Positions 39,479 to 48,613 of a stretch of 64,000 nucleotides of DNA are shown in pieces. How positions within the stretch are numbered: position 1 is the stretch's first letter; every line of letters starts with the position of its first letter. Under the pieces are notes generated by a model. That model was given only the letters and a program-made list of their open reading frames with translations. It searched no databases and had not been told where the DNA came from. The position numbers and the translations under genes are program-made. Where the stretch lies: positions 160,001 through 224,000 of the forward strand of contig CBEVQO010000004.1 of NCBI GenBank assembly GCA_965552055.1, in the 5' to 3' direction. Source of the DNA: an uncultured bacterium. Lineage in GTDB: Bacteria > Hydrothermota > UBA3073 > NMUJ01 > CBEVQO01.

Positions 39479-40608
39479 TTGAATAATAGCCTGAGAAGCA
39501 AAGGAGTAAATATTGCCGTCACCAGCGATAAAATTACGGTTAACGAGAATTCAAAATGACCTATTAGATTTTTTGAAAGCCCGATAGATGCGATTATCAA
39601 AGCTACTTCGCCTCTGGGTACCATTCCTACTCCGATTCTCAAAGATGTTTTTGCAGGCAGCTTTGCTATTTTCGCACCAAGTCCGCATCCTATTATTTTG
39701 CTCATTATAGCGATTAAAATAAAACAAATGAGGAATAAAACATTGCCCGAAATTTTGTGAATTTGTGCTTTTAAACCTATGTTTGTGAAGAAAACAGGGA
39801 CAAATAGACCATGAGCCATTGCTTCTAATTCTCGCATTACTTCTCTTCTCATCTCCCTGCTTGAAAAAAGTCCAGCAAGATATGCTCCTGTTATTTCTGC
39901 TATGCCCATAGATTTTGCGAACCATGCATAGAAGAGCACGGTAGATAGTGCTATCGCAATAGTTGCACGAGAAGCACGCAAGCGCTTTGAAAATTTATAA
40001 GAACGACGAACGAGAAAAAAACCAAGAAAAGATGCTATAACAAAGAAAATTATCATCTTTGCGAAAGAGATAAAAATACGGGTTTCTTTTCCAATTAAAC
40101 TTAAAACGAATGCTAAAAGTATAACAGAGAGTGCATCGTCAATTACCGCAGCAGATAAAATTGTCCTCCCTTCGATTGTTTCGAGTTTTTTAAGGTCATA
40201 AAGTGTCATCACAGTGATTGCCACAGAAGTTGCAGTTAAAATTGTGCCAAGGAAAAGTGACTTATTTACTTCAAAGCCAAAACTTCTTGCAATACAGAAA
40301 CCAAGAAAAAAAGGAAGCACCACTCCCCATATAGCCGTTGTAAAAGATATGCGAGCTTCTTTGCGTACCTGAGCAATATCGGTTTCGAGACCAGCCATAA
40401 AAAGTAAAAGTATCGCTCCAATCTCTGAAAATACTTCAATAACTTCGTTGGAACGCAAAAATTTAAAACCAGATTCCCCGAGAATTAATCCTGTAAGTAA
40501 TAGACCAAAGACAGGTGGTTGTTTTATTTTTTCACAAAAATGTGATACGATTTTCGAAAGAAAGATGACGACCGCAAGCTCAAATAATATGTTTTTCAAC
40601 CCATACAT
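39475..40608 (-). CDS. Cation:proton antiporter (CPA2, NapA/KefB-like)
   Basis: GLETD, ATSVAIT, AAVIDD and GMVPRGEVALI. Confidence 0.9.
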   Translation of the reverse strand: MYGLKNILFELAVVIFLSKIVSHFCEKIKQPPVFGLLLTGLILGESGFKFLRSNEVIEVFSEIGAILLLFMAGLETDIAQVRKEARISFTTAIWGVVLPFFLGFCIARSFGFEVNKSLFLGTILTATSVAITVMTLYDLKKLETIEGRTILSAAVIDDALSVILLAFVLSLIGKETRIFISFAKMIIFFVIASFLGFFLVRRSYKFSKRLRASRATIAIALSTVLFYAWFAKSMGIAEITGAYLAGLFSSREMRREVMRELEAMAHGLFVPVFFTNIGLKAQIHKISGNVLFLICFILIAIMSKIIGCGLGAKIAKLPAKTSLRIGVGMVPRGEVALIIASIGLSKNLIGHFEFSLTVILSLVTAIFTPLLLRLLFK

Positions 40609-41020
40609 TCAAAATTTCGAGCAAATTTATCTCCCCTATTACTCTGTCTTCCTCATCTACTACAGGTGCTTCTTCTATACCGTTTTCGAGCATTTTCTTT
40701 AAAACTTCCTCAATGTTATCTTCGTCTCTTACCTTTAAAGGTGCTTCTATCATTATTTCTTTTGCACATCTACCACGAAATGTATGTAAAATTTCATAAC
40801 CTGTTTCAATTTTTATCACTTCAGGGAAAATAATTTCTACAATGTCATCAAGGGTAATTATCCCTTTTAATCTGTTTTCTTTATCGACTACATAAATGGT
40901 TCTTGTTTTTGGATTATCGCAGAATGCTAAAGCGATTTCTGGAAGTGTTTCATCTTCTTCAACGGTCGCAGGCGTATCACAAATCAATTTTCTTACATTT
41001 TTCACTTTTATTTTTTGCAT
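40580..41020 (-). CDS. CBS-domain protein
   Basis: Two CBS repeats (VVDKENRLKGIIT, PVVDEEDRVIGEI). Confidence 0.88.
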   Translation of the reverse strand: MQKIKVKNVRKLICDTPATVEEDETLPEIALAFCDNPKTRTIYVVDKENRLKGIITLDDIVEIIFPEVIKIETGYEILHTFRGRCAKEIMIEAPLKVRDEDNIEEVLKKMLENGIEEAPVVDEEDRVIGEINLLEILNVWVEKHII

Positions 41021-41026
41021 TACAAA

Positions 41027-41053
41027 ATGATAATCATTTTGCTGATATGTCAA
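41027..41053 (-). promoter_or_regulatory. sigma70-like promoter TTGACA-N15-TATCAT
   Basis: ATG at 41020 lies 6 nt after the -10 box. Confidence 0.6.
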
Positions 41054-41083
41054 GGGATAAATTTTATAAATTCAAAAAAATGC

Positions 41084-41110
41084 TTGACATCTTCTTATTG
41101 TCTATAAACT
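41084..41110 (+). promoter_or_regulatory. sigma70-like promoter TTGACA-N15-TAAACT
   Basis: Upstream of the AAGGAGG RBS of kbl. Confidence 0.6.
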
Positions 41111-41129
41111 TATTGATAAAGGAGGGGTT

Positions 41130-42305
41130 ATGATTGAACTTGATTTTTTACAGGAAGAAATTAATAAACTGAAAGAAGAAGGCAGGTATAACATAATAAG
41201 GACGATTGGCAGTGCTCAGGGTTCGTGGATTATCTGTGATGGCAAAAAGGTGCTGAATATGTGCTCCAACAATTATCTTGGATTCGCAAACGACCCTGTT
41301 TTAAAAGAGCGTGCCAAAAAAGCAATTGATAAATATGGCGTGGGACCAGCAGCTGTTAGAAGCATCGCAGGAACACTTGACCTTCATCTTGAACTCGAAA
41401 AGAAGCTCGCAGAATTCAAAAAAGTAGAAGCAACCCTCTCTTTACAATCAGGATTTATTTGCAATGTCGCCACAATTCAGGCAATAATGTCTTCACCCGA
41501 TGATGTTATAATTTCTGACGAACTAAATCATGCGTCAATAATAGACGGATGTAGATTGACAAAAGCACAGCGTCACATTTATAAACATCTTGATGTTAAT
41601 CATCTTGAAGATGTGTTGAAAAATGTAAAAGGAAGGCGTAAAATGATTATAACGGATGGTGTTTTTTCAATGGATGGAGATATTGCGCCTTTGCCCGATA
41701 TCGTTGAAGTAGCAGAAAAATATGGTGCAATGGTTATGGTTGATGATGCTCACGGTGAAGGTGTACTCGGAGACCATGGCAGGGGCATTACAGATTATTA
41801 TGGGTTACACGGAAGAGTTGACATCGAAATAGGCACTTTATCAAAGGCATTTGGTGTTGTGGGTGGCTATGTTGCTGGTAGTTCTACTTTAATCGAATTT
41901 TTGCGTCAAACAGCAAGACCTTTCTTATTCTCTTCAGCAGTAACAGCAGCAGATGTAGCAGCATGCATCGCAGCAACGGAAATTTTGATGGAATCAGATG
42001 AAAGGGTTAAAAAATTATGGGACAACACAAATTATTTCAAACAAAAACTAAAAGAACTTGGATTTGATACAGGACAGAGCAAAACACCGATAACCCCTGT
42101 AATGCTTGGAGACGAAAAATTGGCATGGAATTTCTCAAAGAGACTTTTCGAAGAAGGGATATTCGCCCAGGCAATCTGCTATCCCACAGTGCCCCGTGGT
42201 AAAGCAAGAATAAGGCTAATGGTATCCGCTACTCATTCAAAAGATGACCTTGATTTTTGTCTCGAAAAATTTGAAAAGATAGGAAAAGAGTTGAGAGTTA
42301 TCTAA
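41130..42305 (+). CDS. kbl: Glycine C-acetyltransferase (class II PLP aminotransferase, Kbl/BioF family)
   Basis: [29 protein letters not shown] and GTLSKAFG. Confidence 0.88.
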   Translation: MIELDFLQEEINKLKEEGRYNIIRTIGSAQGSWIICDGKKVLNMCSNNYLGFANDPVLKERAKKAIDKYGVGPAAVRSIAGTLDLHLELEKKLAEFKKVEATLSLQSGFICNVATIQAIMSSPDDVIISDELNHASIIDGCRLTKAQRHIYKHLDVNHLEDVLKNVKGRRKMIITDGVFSMDGDIAPLPDIVEVAEKYGAMVMVDDAHGEGVLGDHGRGITDYYGLHGRVDIEIGTLSKAFGVVGGYVAGSSTLIEFLRQTARPFLFSSAVTAADVAACIAATEILMESDERVKKLWDNTNYFKQKLKELGFDTGQSKTPITPVMLGDEKLAWNFSKRLFEEGIFAQAICYPTVPRGKARIRLMVSATHSKDDLDFCLEKFEKIGKELRVI

Positions 42306-42306
42306 A

Positions 42307-43500
42307 TTGGACATACTTTTATTTATTGCAATCGCATTAATTTGCGGATATATCGGTGGTAAAATAAGTAACCGTTTTCGTTCGCCTGCCGTTGTAGGAT
42401 ATTTAATAGTTGGGTTATTACTCGGACCTTCTGTCTTTAAAGTTTTCGATTTAAAGACACTCGATAAACTCGGTATTATTTCCGATGTTACTCTTTCTGT
42501 TGTTGCTTTCATAATAGGTAGTGAAATGTTACTCAGCACTTTGCGAAGAATTGGCAAAGGCATCGCCATAATAATTTTGAGCGAATCATTTCTTGCATAC
42601 TTCCTGGTTCTAATCGGTGTTTATCTTTTGACCCATAAACTTTATCTTGCTTTGATTTTCGGTGCAATGGCTCCTGCTTCTGCACCTGCTGGCACTGTTG
42701 CAGTTGTGCAGGAATATCGTGCAAAAGGACCGCTTACAGATGCCTTGTTTGCAGTAGTGGGACTTGACGATGGACTCGCGATAATGATTTATGCATTCTC
42801 ATCTGCACTCGCAAAAATGTTAATAACAGGAAAATCAATATCTGTGGCAGAAGCCATAGGCAAACCTCTACTTGAAATAACAATCGCAATAGCACTTGGT
42901 GCAGGGATAGGTTTTCTTATGGGCTTACTTATGCAAAAAATAAGAACAACAGAAGAACTTCTTACAACAACATTTGCGGGAATATTTTTATGCACGGGAT
43001 TGTCAAAACTCCTTCACTGTTCGCTCATTCTGTCAAATTTAAGTTTAGGTATGGTTTTTGCCAATCTTTATCTTCGCACAAATAGAAGGGCATACAGGGC
43101 AATTGAGCCTTTATCTTATCCCCTTTACATTGTGTTTTTCCTTATAGCTGGTGCACATCTACAAATAAAACTTTTACCTGCGATGGGTGCCATTGGTGTA
43201 ATTTATATAATTTTAAGGTCATTGGGACTTATAGCAGGTGCTTCACTTGGTGCAACTATTGCTCGCGCACCTTCTGTTATGCGTAAATACCTAGGCTTTG
43301 GTATTTTATCGCAGGCAGGTGTAGCTGTAGGACTCGCTATGCTTGTAACACGAGAATTCGCACAGCTTGGGGATGCAGGTGCTCATCTCGCTACCACAAC
43401 CATAAACATAATAGCAGCGACAACCATATTCTTTGAAATTATAGGACCAATCGGTGTAAAATTTGCATTATCAAAAGCAGGAGAAATCGGCAAAAGATGA
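42307..43500 (+). CDS. Cation:proton antiporter (CPA2)
   Basis: ASAPA, GLDDG and SQAGVAVG; paralogous to 38273-39478. Confidence 0.87.
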   Translation: MDILLFIAIALICGYIGGKISNRFRSPAVVGYLIVGLLLGPSVFKVFDLKTLDKLGIISDVTLSVVAFIIGSEMLLSTLRRIGKGIAIIILSESFLAYFLVLIGVYLLTHKLYLALIFGAMAPASAPAGTVAVVQEYRAKGPLTDALFAVVGLDDGLAIMIYAFSSALAKMLITGKSISVAEAIGKPLLEITIAIALGAGIGFLMGLLMQKIRTTEELLTTTFAGIFLCTGLSKLLHCSLILSNLSLGMVFANLYLRTNRRAYRAIEPLSYPLYIVFFLIAGAHLQIKLLPAMGAIGVIYIILRSLGLIAGASLGATIARAPSVMRKYLGFGILSQAGVAVGLAMLVTREFAQLGDAGAHLATTTINIIAATTIFFEIIGPIGVKFALSKAGEIGKR

Positions 43501-44471
43501 GAATAACTTTAGCACATGGAGCAGGAGGAAAAGCACAATATGACCTTCTCAAAAATCACATTCTAAAATATTTTGGTAATGAAATACTTACAAAACTTGA
43601 AGATAGTGCAATACTTGAAGATATTGTTTTTACAACAGATTCTTATACAGTATCTCCTGTATTTTTCCCTGGTGGTGATATAGGCAAGCTCGCTATCTCA
43701 GGCACTATAAACGACATTCTATGTGCAGGAGCCAGCCCCCTATACATAAGTTTTTCAATAATATGTGAAGAAGGTTTTGAAATTGAGAATCTTGAAAAAA
43801 TTTTAGAATCTGCAAAGAAAGAAGCAGAATTCTCTGGCGTCAAAATAGTTTGTGGCGACTTCAAGGTTGTGGAGCATGGTAAGATTGACAGCATTTTTAT
43901 AAATACTTCGGGAATAGGCAAAGCAATTTATAATTATTCGCCCGATAAAATAAAAGTTGGTGATAAAATAATAGTTACGGGGACAATTGGAGACCATGGG
44001 ATTGCGATTGTATGTGCAAGAGGTGAACTTGGTTTGATGTCCGATATTAAAAGTGATTGCAGAGCATTGATTAAATTTCTTGATATTTTTGATGAGAATA
44101 TTCATTGTGTTAGAGACCCTACTCGTGGTGGACTTGGTGGCATCCTTGCAGAAATATGTGAGGGCAAAGAATGGGGGATAGAAATATGGGAAGAAAAAAT
44201 CCCTGTAAATGGAGAAGTAAAATCTGCATGCGAATTGCTTGGCTTTGACTATATATATCTTGCGAATGAAGGCAAATTTGTGATTTTTGTTGATAAAGAT
44301 TATGCAGATGAAATTTTAAGTAAAATAAGAAATTTGGAAGAAGGCAAATATGCAGAGATTATAGGCGAGGTTGTTTCATCGCATCAAGGTAGGGTGCTTT
44401 TACATACCGGTGTGGGCGGTGCACGCATAATAGACCTGCCATCAGGCGAACTCCTTCCCCGCATCTGCTAA
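43497..44471 (+). CDS. hypE: Hydrogenase maturation protein HypE
   Basis: LAHGAGG, TTDSY, RDPTRGG, ANEGK and terminal PRIC. Confidence 0.95.
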   Translation: MRITLAHGAGGKAQYDLLKNHILKYFGNEILTKLEDSAILEDIVFTTDSYTVSPVFFPGGDIGKLAISGTINDILCAGASPLYISFSIICEEGFEIENLEKILESAKKEAEFSGVKIVCGDFKVVEHGKIDSIFINTSGIGKAIYNYSPDKIKVGDKIIVTGTIGDHGIAIVCARGELGLMSDIKSDCRALIKFLDIFDENIHCVRDPTRGGLGGILAEICEGKEWGIEIWEEKIPVNGEVKSACELLGFDYIYLANEGKFVIFVDKDYADEILSKIRNLEEGKYAEIIGEVVSSHQGRVLLHTGVGGARIIDLPSGELLPRIC

Positions 44472-45713
44472 CACAAAATAAAAAGCAGGCATTATTTTTA
44501 TACTTACATCTTCCTTTATCTCTCCAAAATCTTCCAGAGTTATTAAATAACCCTCTTTTACATCTAATTTTTTCAGAGCTTTTTTAAATTTTCTAACACT
44601 CACCTTATCTGCTTTTAATTTGCACTCAATAGGTATAATTTTATCTCCCTTGCGTAATATTATGTCAATCTCTGTTTGATTTTTCCTGAAATAATTTTGT
44701 GGGTTTATTTCATTTATGATGAATGTTTCAAGAATTTCGCCTGTCATTTTATGCATGTTTTCCATAAAAATGAAACCTGTCGATGATGGATAAATCTTCC
44801 TATTTTTGCGTGAAGAAGTAAGGGTTCCTTTTCTGAAATTTGAAAGTATTTTTATAAGCATCGCATATTTCAAATAATGGATATAATTTGCAATGGTGCG
44901 TCTATCCCTGTTAAATTGGTTTGATAAATTTTCATACGAAATCATTAAACCGGGAGAGGAAAAAAATAACTTCAATAAATTTTCGAGTAATTCAAAATCT
45001 TTTAATCCAAATTCAAGAGGCAAATCTTTATAAATAATTCTATCTATAACCGAATTTTTGAAATACATTTTTATTTTCTCATCATCCTCTTCAAATGTAA
45101 GTTCGGGAAATCCTCCTTTTTTAATAAAATCAAAAAACAAGGGAAGAATTTGAGGGGCAATGAGTTTGGGATTTGATAAATCGAATTCTTTTCCCATCAT
45201 TTTCAGAAATTCCCGAAAAGATAAAATAGGAAGTGTAAATTCAAAAACTCTTCCTGCGAGACTTTCTGCACTCTTCTTCTGCAAAATAAGCGATGCAGAA
45301 CCCGTTAAGAAAAATTTCAGCATGGGATAAAGGTCATAATAAACTTTTATTTTATTAGCCCAGTCATCTGCTTTCTGTATTTCATCAAAAAATATATAAA
45401 CTCTTTCTTCACCTATCTCTTTGTTTAAAATTTCATTGTGATAAATTTTTAAAATATCATCAATTTTTGACCTGCTTACATCAAAGGAAAAATAAAGAAT
45501 GTTTTTAGGATTTACCTTTTTGAGCAATTCATTTATTATTTGATAAATCAATACTGTTTTGCCGACTCTTCTCATTCCTGTCAGAAGAATTATTTGCCTT
45601 GTTTCAATTTGTTTTATGAGTTTATAAAATAAATCCCTTTTGAATTCAAAGAGCAATCCATCCGGAACCCTCCCGGTAGCCCACCATGGATTAAACCTAA
45701 AAATCTCCTCCAC
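44442..45713 (-). CDS. AAA_14 ATPase with DUF4143 / PD-(D/E)xK-like C-terminus
   Basis: FNPWW, GMRRVGKT, FFDEIQ, ESLAGR, GGFPE and EIDIIL...PIECK. Confidence 0.88.
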   Translation of the reverse strand: MEEIFRFNPWWATGRVPDGLLFEFKRDLFYKLIKQIETRQIILLTGMRRVGKTVLIYQIINELLKKVNPKNILYFSFDVSRSKIDDILKIYHNEILNKEIGEERVYIFFDEIQKADDWANKIKVYYDLYPMLKFFLTGSASLILQKKSAESLAGRVFEFTLPILSFREFLKMMGKEFDLSNPKLIAPQILPLFFDFIKKGGFPELTFEEDDEKIKMYFKNSVIDRIIYKDLPLEFGLKDFELLENLLKLFFSSPGLMISYENLSNQFNRDRRTIANYIHYLKYAMLIKILSNFRKGTLTSSRKNRKIYPSSTGFIFMENMHKMTGEILETFIINEINPQNYFRKNQTEIDIILRKGDKIIPIECKLKADKVSVRKFKKALKKLDVKEGYLITLEDFGEIKEDVSIKIMPAFYFVLADAGKEFA

Positions 45714-45717
45714 ACAT

Positions 45718-45745
45718 ATTATAACCAGAAATAAAATTTTGTCAA
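45718..45745 (-). promoter_or_regulatory. sigma70-like promoter TTGACA-N16-TATAAT
   Basis: Consensus boxes; GTG at 45713 lies 4 nt after the -10 box. Confidence 0.62.
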
Positions 45746-45804
45746 GATTTTTTCATCATGATGCACAAAAAATTAAATTATTCGTACATTGCGATGTACA
45801 AATA

Positions 45805-46410
45805 TTAATCTTTTGATATTTCTACGATAGTGCCTTCTTTTATCAGGTTGAAAAGTTTTATTATATCTTTATTTCTCATTCTGATACAGCCGTGTGATGA
45901 AGGGGTACCTATTAATCCTTCTTCTGGTGTTCCGTGTATGTAGATACATCTCTCTTTTGTATCAACATCTCCTCCTTTGTTGATACCTTCTTCTAAACCT
46001 TCGAGCCATATTATTCTTGTAGTTATAATGTCTTCTTCGGAACATCGTTTAAGTGTGCATATTTCTGCAATTTCGTTTGTTGGTCTTCTAAATCTGAATA
46101 TAGTACCGATTTTGGCATTTTCACCTATTTTCTTATAAACACGATGTGTGCCAGTGGGAGTTTTGAAACTTCCTTTTTTATTGCCTATGCCATATTTAGA
46201 AGTAGAAACATCGTAAATTTCTATGATTTTTTTGCCTTTGAGAAGATAAAGCTTTTGTCGTGCTATGCTTACAATGACGAATATTTCGTTTTCTATGCCA
46301 TATTTTCTTTTGAGTTTTTCAGTCACTTTTCTTATTATAAAAGGAATCTGGGCATCGCTCAACAGAGAGGCGCAACTAATAAATAATATTATTGCAATAA
46401 TCCTTCTCAT
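45805..46410 (-). CDS. L,D-transpeptidase (YkuD family)
   Basis: TPTG, IYIHGT and SHGCIRM. Confidence 0.92.
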   Translation of the reverse strand: MRRIIAIILFISCASLLSDAQIPFIIRKVTEKLKRKYGIENEIFVIVSIARQKLYLLKGKKIIEIYDVSTSKYGIGNKKGSFKTPTGTHRVYKKIGENAKIGTIFRFRRPTNEIAEICTLKRCSEEDIITTRIIWLEGLEEGINKGGDVDTKERCIYIHGTPEEGLIGTPSSHGCIRMRNKDIIKLFNLIKEGTIVEISKD

Positions 46411-46450
46411 AATTATTTTTAAAAATTTGACAGGATTGTCAATAAAAATA

Positions 46451-46477
46451 TTGACAGATTGATTGTGTGATTAACAT
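46451..46477 (+). promoter_or_regulatory. sigma70-like promoter TTGACA-N15-TAACAT
   Basis: Divergent intergenic region; an alternative CATAAT at 18-nt spacing also exists. Confidence 0.45.
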
Positions 46478-46496
46478 AATAAAAATGGGGTTTGAA

Positions 46497-47468
46497 ATGA
46501 TACTTCTAATCTTACTTTTAAAATTGCCGGGGTGGGTTAAATCTCCTCCTTCTTACCATTATGTGGGTGTAGCTGAGCATTCGCGACTTGATAGTGCACT
46601 CATTCTCGCAACTACAAATGCAATCAAAGAAGTAATAAAAGCACTTGCGGTTAAAATTGAAACAGAATTTGAAACAAGAGAATTATCGCAAAAAGGTAAT
46701 TATGATGTTAAAATAAAAGGAAGAACGATGGAGCGTGCAAGGGGGTATATATCTGGTGTGAAAAGAGTTGCTTATCACGATGAGAGGGTGAAAAATGGCT
46801 TCAGAGTATGGGCAATGGTGAGGGTAAATCCCGAAGATTTTGAAAAAGCAAAAAGAGAAATTGAAGAATCAAATAAAAGATTGAGAGAATATGCTCAAAA
46901 ATTGATAGAAGAAGCAAAGGAAAAAGAGAAAAGAAAAGATTTTTATGGTGCATTCCTGAATTATAAAGCAGTTCTTGATGTGTGCAAAGAAATAGATGCA
47001 AAAGATCTGGAAAAAATCGCACAAATTGGTATTGAAAATTTGCTTGAAGTAGCAGGAAAAGATATATTGCTCGAGATAAAACCAGAGGATTTTAGATTGA
47101 AAGAAGTTTATCTTGTGGATTTAAATGGTGATAAAATCCCCAATCAAATAAAAATTGGAAAGGGTATAAAGATAAAAGTTAAAATCGCAAAGCCATCTTA
47201 CATTTATATTTTGAGTTATGACAAAGAAGAAGAAAGATTTTACTGGATTCTGCCCTGTATCTATGAGAAAGAAAACTTTTTTACAGGAGATGTTATTTTG
47301 CCTCAAAAGATAAAGATAAAAGCTGTGCCACCTGCTGGCAGGAATGAAATTTTGATATTTGCAACCGATAAACCTGTAAATTGCGGGGATATAAAGGAAT
47401 TTTTAAACGATTTAAAGAGGGTAAAATTTGACATAAAAAAGATAATCTGCTGGCTGGTGGAGGATTAA
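46497..47468 (+). CDS. LPP20-like domain + DUF4384-like domain protein
   Basis: PGWV...YVGV N-terminal domain; C-terminal KPSYIYIL...LP...VPPAGRNEILIFATDKP. Confidence 0.6.
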   Translation: MILLILLLKLPGWVKSPPSYHYVGVAEHSRLDSALILATTNAIKEVIKALAVKIETEFETRELSQKGNYDVKIKGRTMERARGYISGVKRVAYHDERVKNGFRVWAMVRVNPEDFEKAKREIEESNKRLREYAQKLIEEAKEKEKRKDFYGAFLNYKAVLDVCKEIDAKDLEKIAQIGIENLLEVAGKDILLEIKPEDFRLKEVYLVDLNGDKIPNQIKIGKGIKIKVKIAKPSYIYILSYDKEEERFYWILPCIYEKENFFTGDVILPQKIKIKAVPPAGRNEILIFATDKPVNCGDIKEFLNDLKRVKFDIKKIICWLVED

Positions 47469-48613
47469 AGATTATTTGCAATTTTACCATATTCTGTGAA
47501 GCATTTTAATGCCTCTTTGTAAGTTAATCTTTCTTTTTCATTTGGGTGATTCATGGCAGACCTTATTCCTTCTTCTGGGTCGATATCCGTAACAGGTGAA
47601 TCCGAGCCAAAAGCGAGTATTATACCCCTTTTAAAAGCGCTCTTCAACGGGTTTAACCTCATCGCCCTTTCTTTCCCCAATCTCTCAATATACAAATTTT
47701 TAAATTTTGTACAAAAAGAAGGTTGCATTGACAAAATTATACCATACTTTGCTACAATATCAAGTTGTTCCTCTGTTATAGCTTCTGCATGTTCTATTCT
47801 GTTGCCTGCATTTCCGACTCTTTCGTAAGATTTCACAACCACTTCCACTGCTTTATCACCGATGGCATGCAAGGCAACCCGTAAACCTTTATCATTTGCC
47901 TTTTTAACAAATTCATAAATTTCTTCTTCTGTTTTATAAAGAATTCCATATTCACCGGGAGCATCACGGTATTCTTCTTTAAATGCAGAAGTGCGAGAAG
48001 ATATGGAGCCATCCACAAGTAAACATCCGCCTATCTGTTTGAGACCGAGATTCAAAACTTCATCAATATTCCATGTTTGGATGAAAGGTGTAACTTTTAA
48101 ATCAATTTTATCTTCTATTTCTTTAAATATCAGGTATTCTTTAATATTCGAAAAGAGACCGGATATTGCCCATACATTTTTTTCTTTGCATATTTTTGCA
48201 GTATAAAAAATCGCTTCTTTTATTTTTTCTTCGTCTGTTCTTTCTTTTAAAAAAGCCATTACTTTTTCAAAATCTTTTCCCCTTAATAAACCGTCTTTTG
48301 TTTTGATTTTTAAAATTTCCTCAGCTTTTGAATTTATTACACATGAATGTAAATCTTCACGCACTATAATAACAGGTCTTTTACTTTCGACTTTGTCAAT
48401 TTCGTCTTTTAACGGTAATCTTTTTTCTTTAAGATTATAGGGAATTAGCTGGTAAAACTCGACAAAATCTCTTTCATCTTTTTTGATTTTTTCAAGAATT
48501 TCTTCAATACTTTTACAATTTGCGAGAGAATATTTTTTAACGATGCCTGTTTCGACGATATGCACATGTGAGTCTATAAATTTTACCTCAGTATTACTAT
48601 TTTTCCTCTGCAT
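47465..48613 (-). CDS. Amidohydrolase (YtcJ-like, Amidohydro_3)
   Basis: FIDSHVH, DGS, HAIGD, RIEHAE, SMQP and GSDSP. Confidence 0.88.
   Translation of the reverse strand: MQRKNSNTEVKFIDSHVHIVETGIVKKYSLANCKSIEEILEKIKKDERDFVEFYQLIPYNLKEKRLPLKDEIDKVESKRPVIIVREDLHSCVINSKAEEILKIKTKDGLLRGKDFEKVMAFLKERTDEEKIKEAIFYTAKICKEKNVWAISGLFSNIKEYLIFKEIEDKIDLKVTPFIQTWNIDEVLNLGLKQIGGCLLVDGSISSRTSAFKEEYRDAPGEYGILYKTEEEIYEFVKKANDKGLRVALHAIGDKAVEVVVKSYERVGNAGNRIEHAEAITEEQLDIVAKYGIILSMQPSFCTKFKNLYIERLGKERAMRLNPLKSAFKRGIILAFGSDSPVTDIDPEEGIRSAMNHPNEKERLTYKEALKCFTEYGKIANNL

Noticed and set aside
43497..44471. hypE as marker of a local hydrogenase cluster
   Set aside because: No other hyp or hydrogenase genes in the window; scattered gene order is general here.
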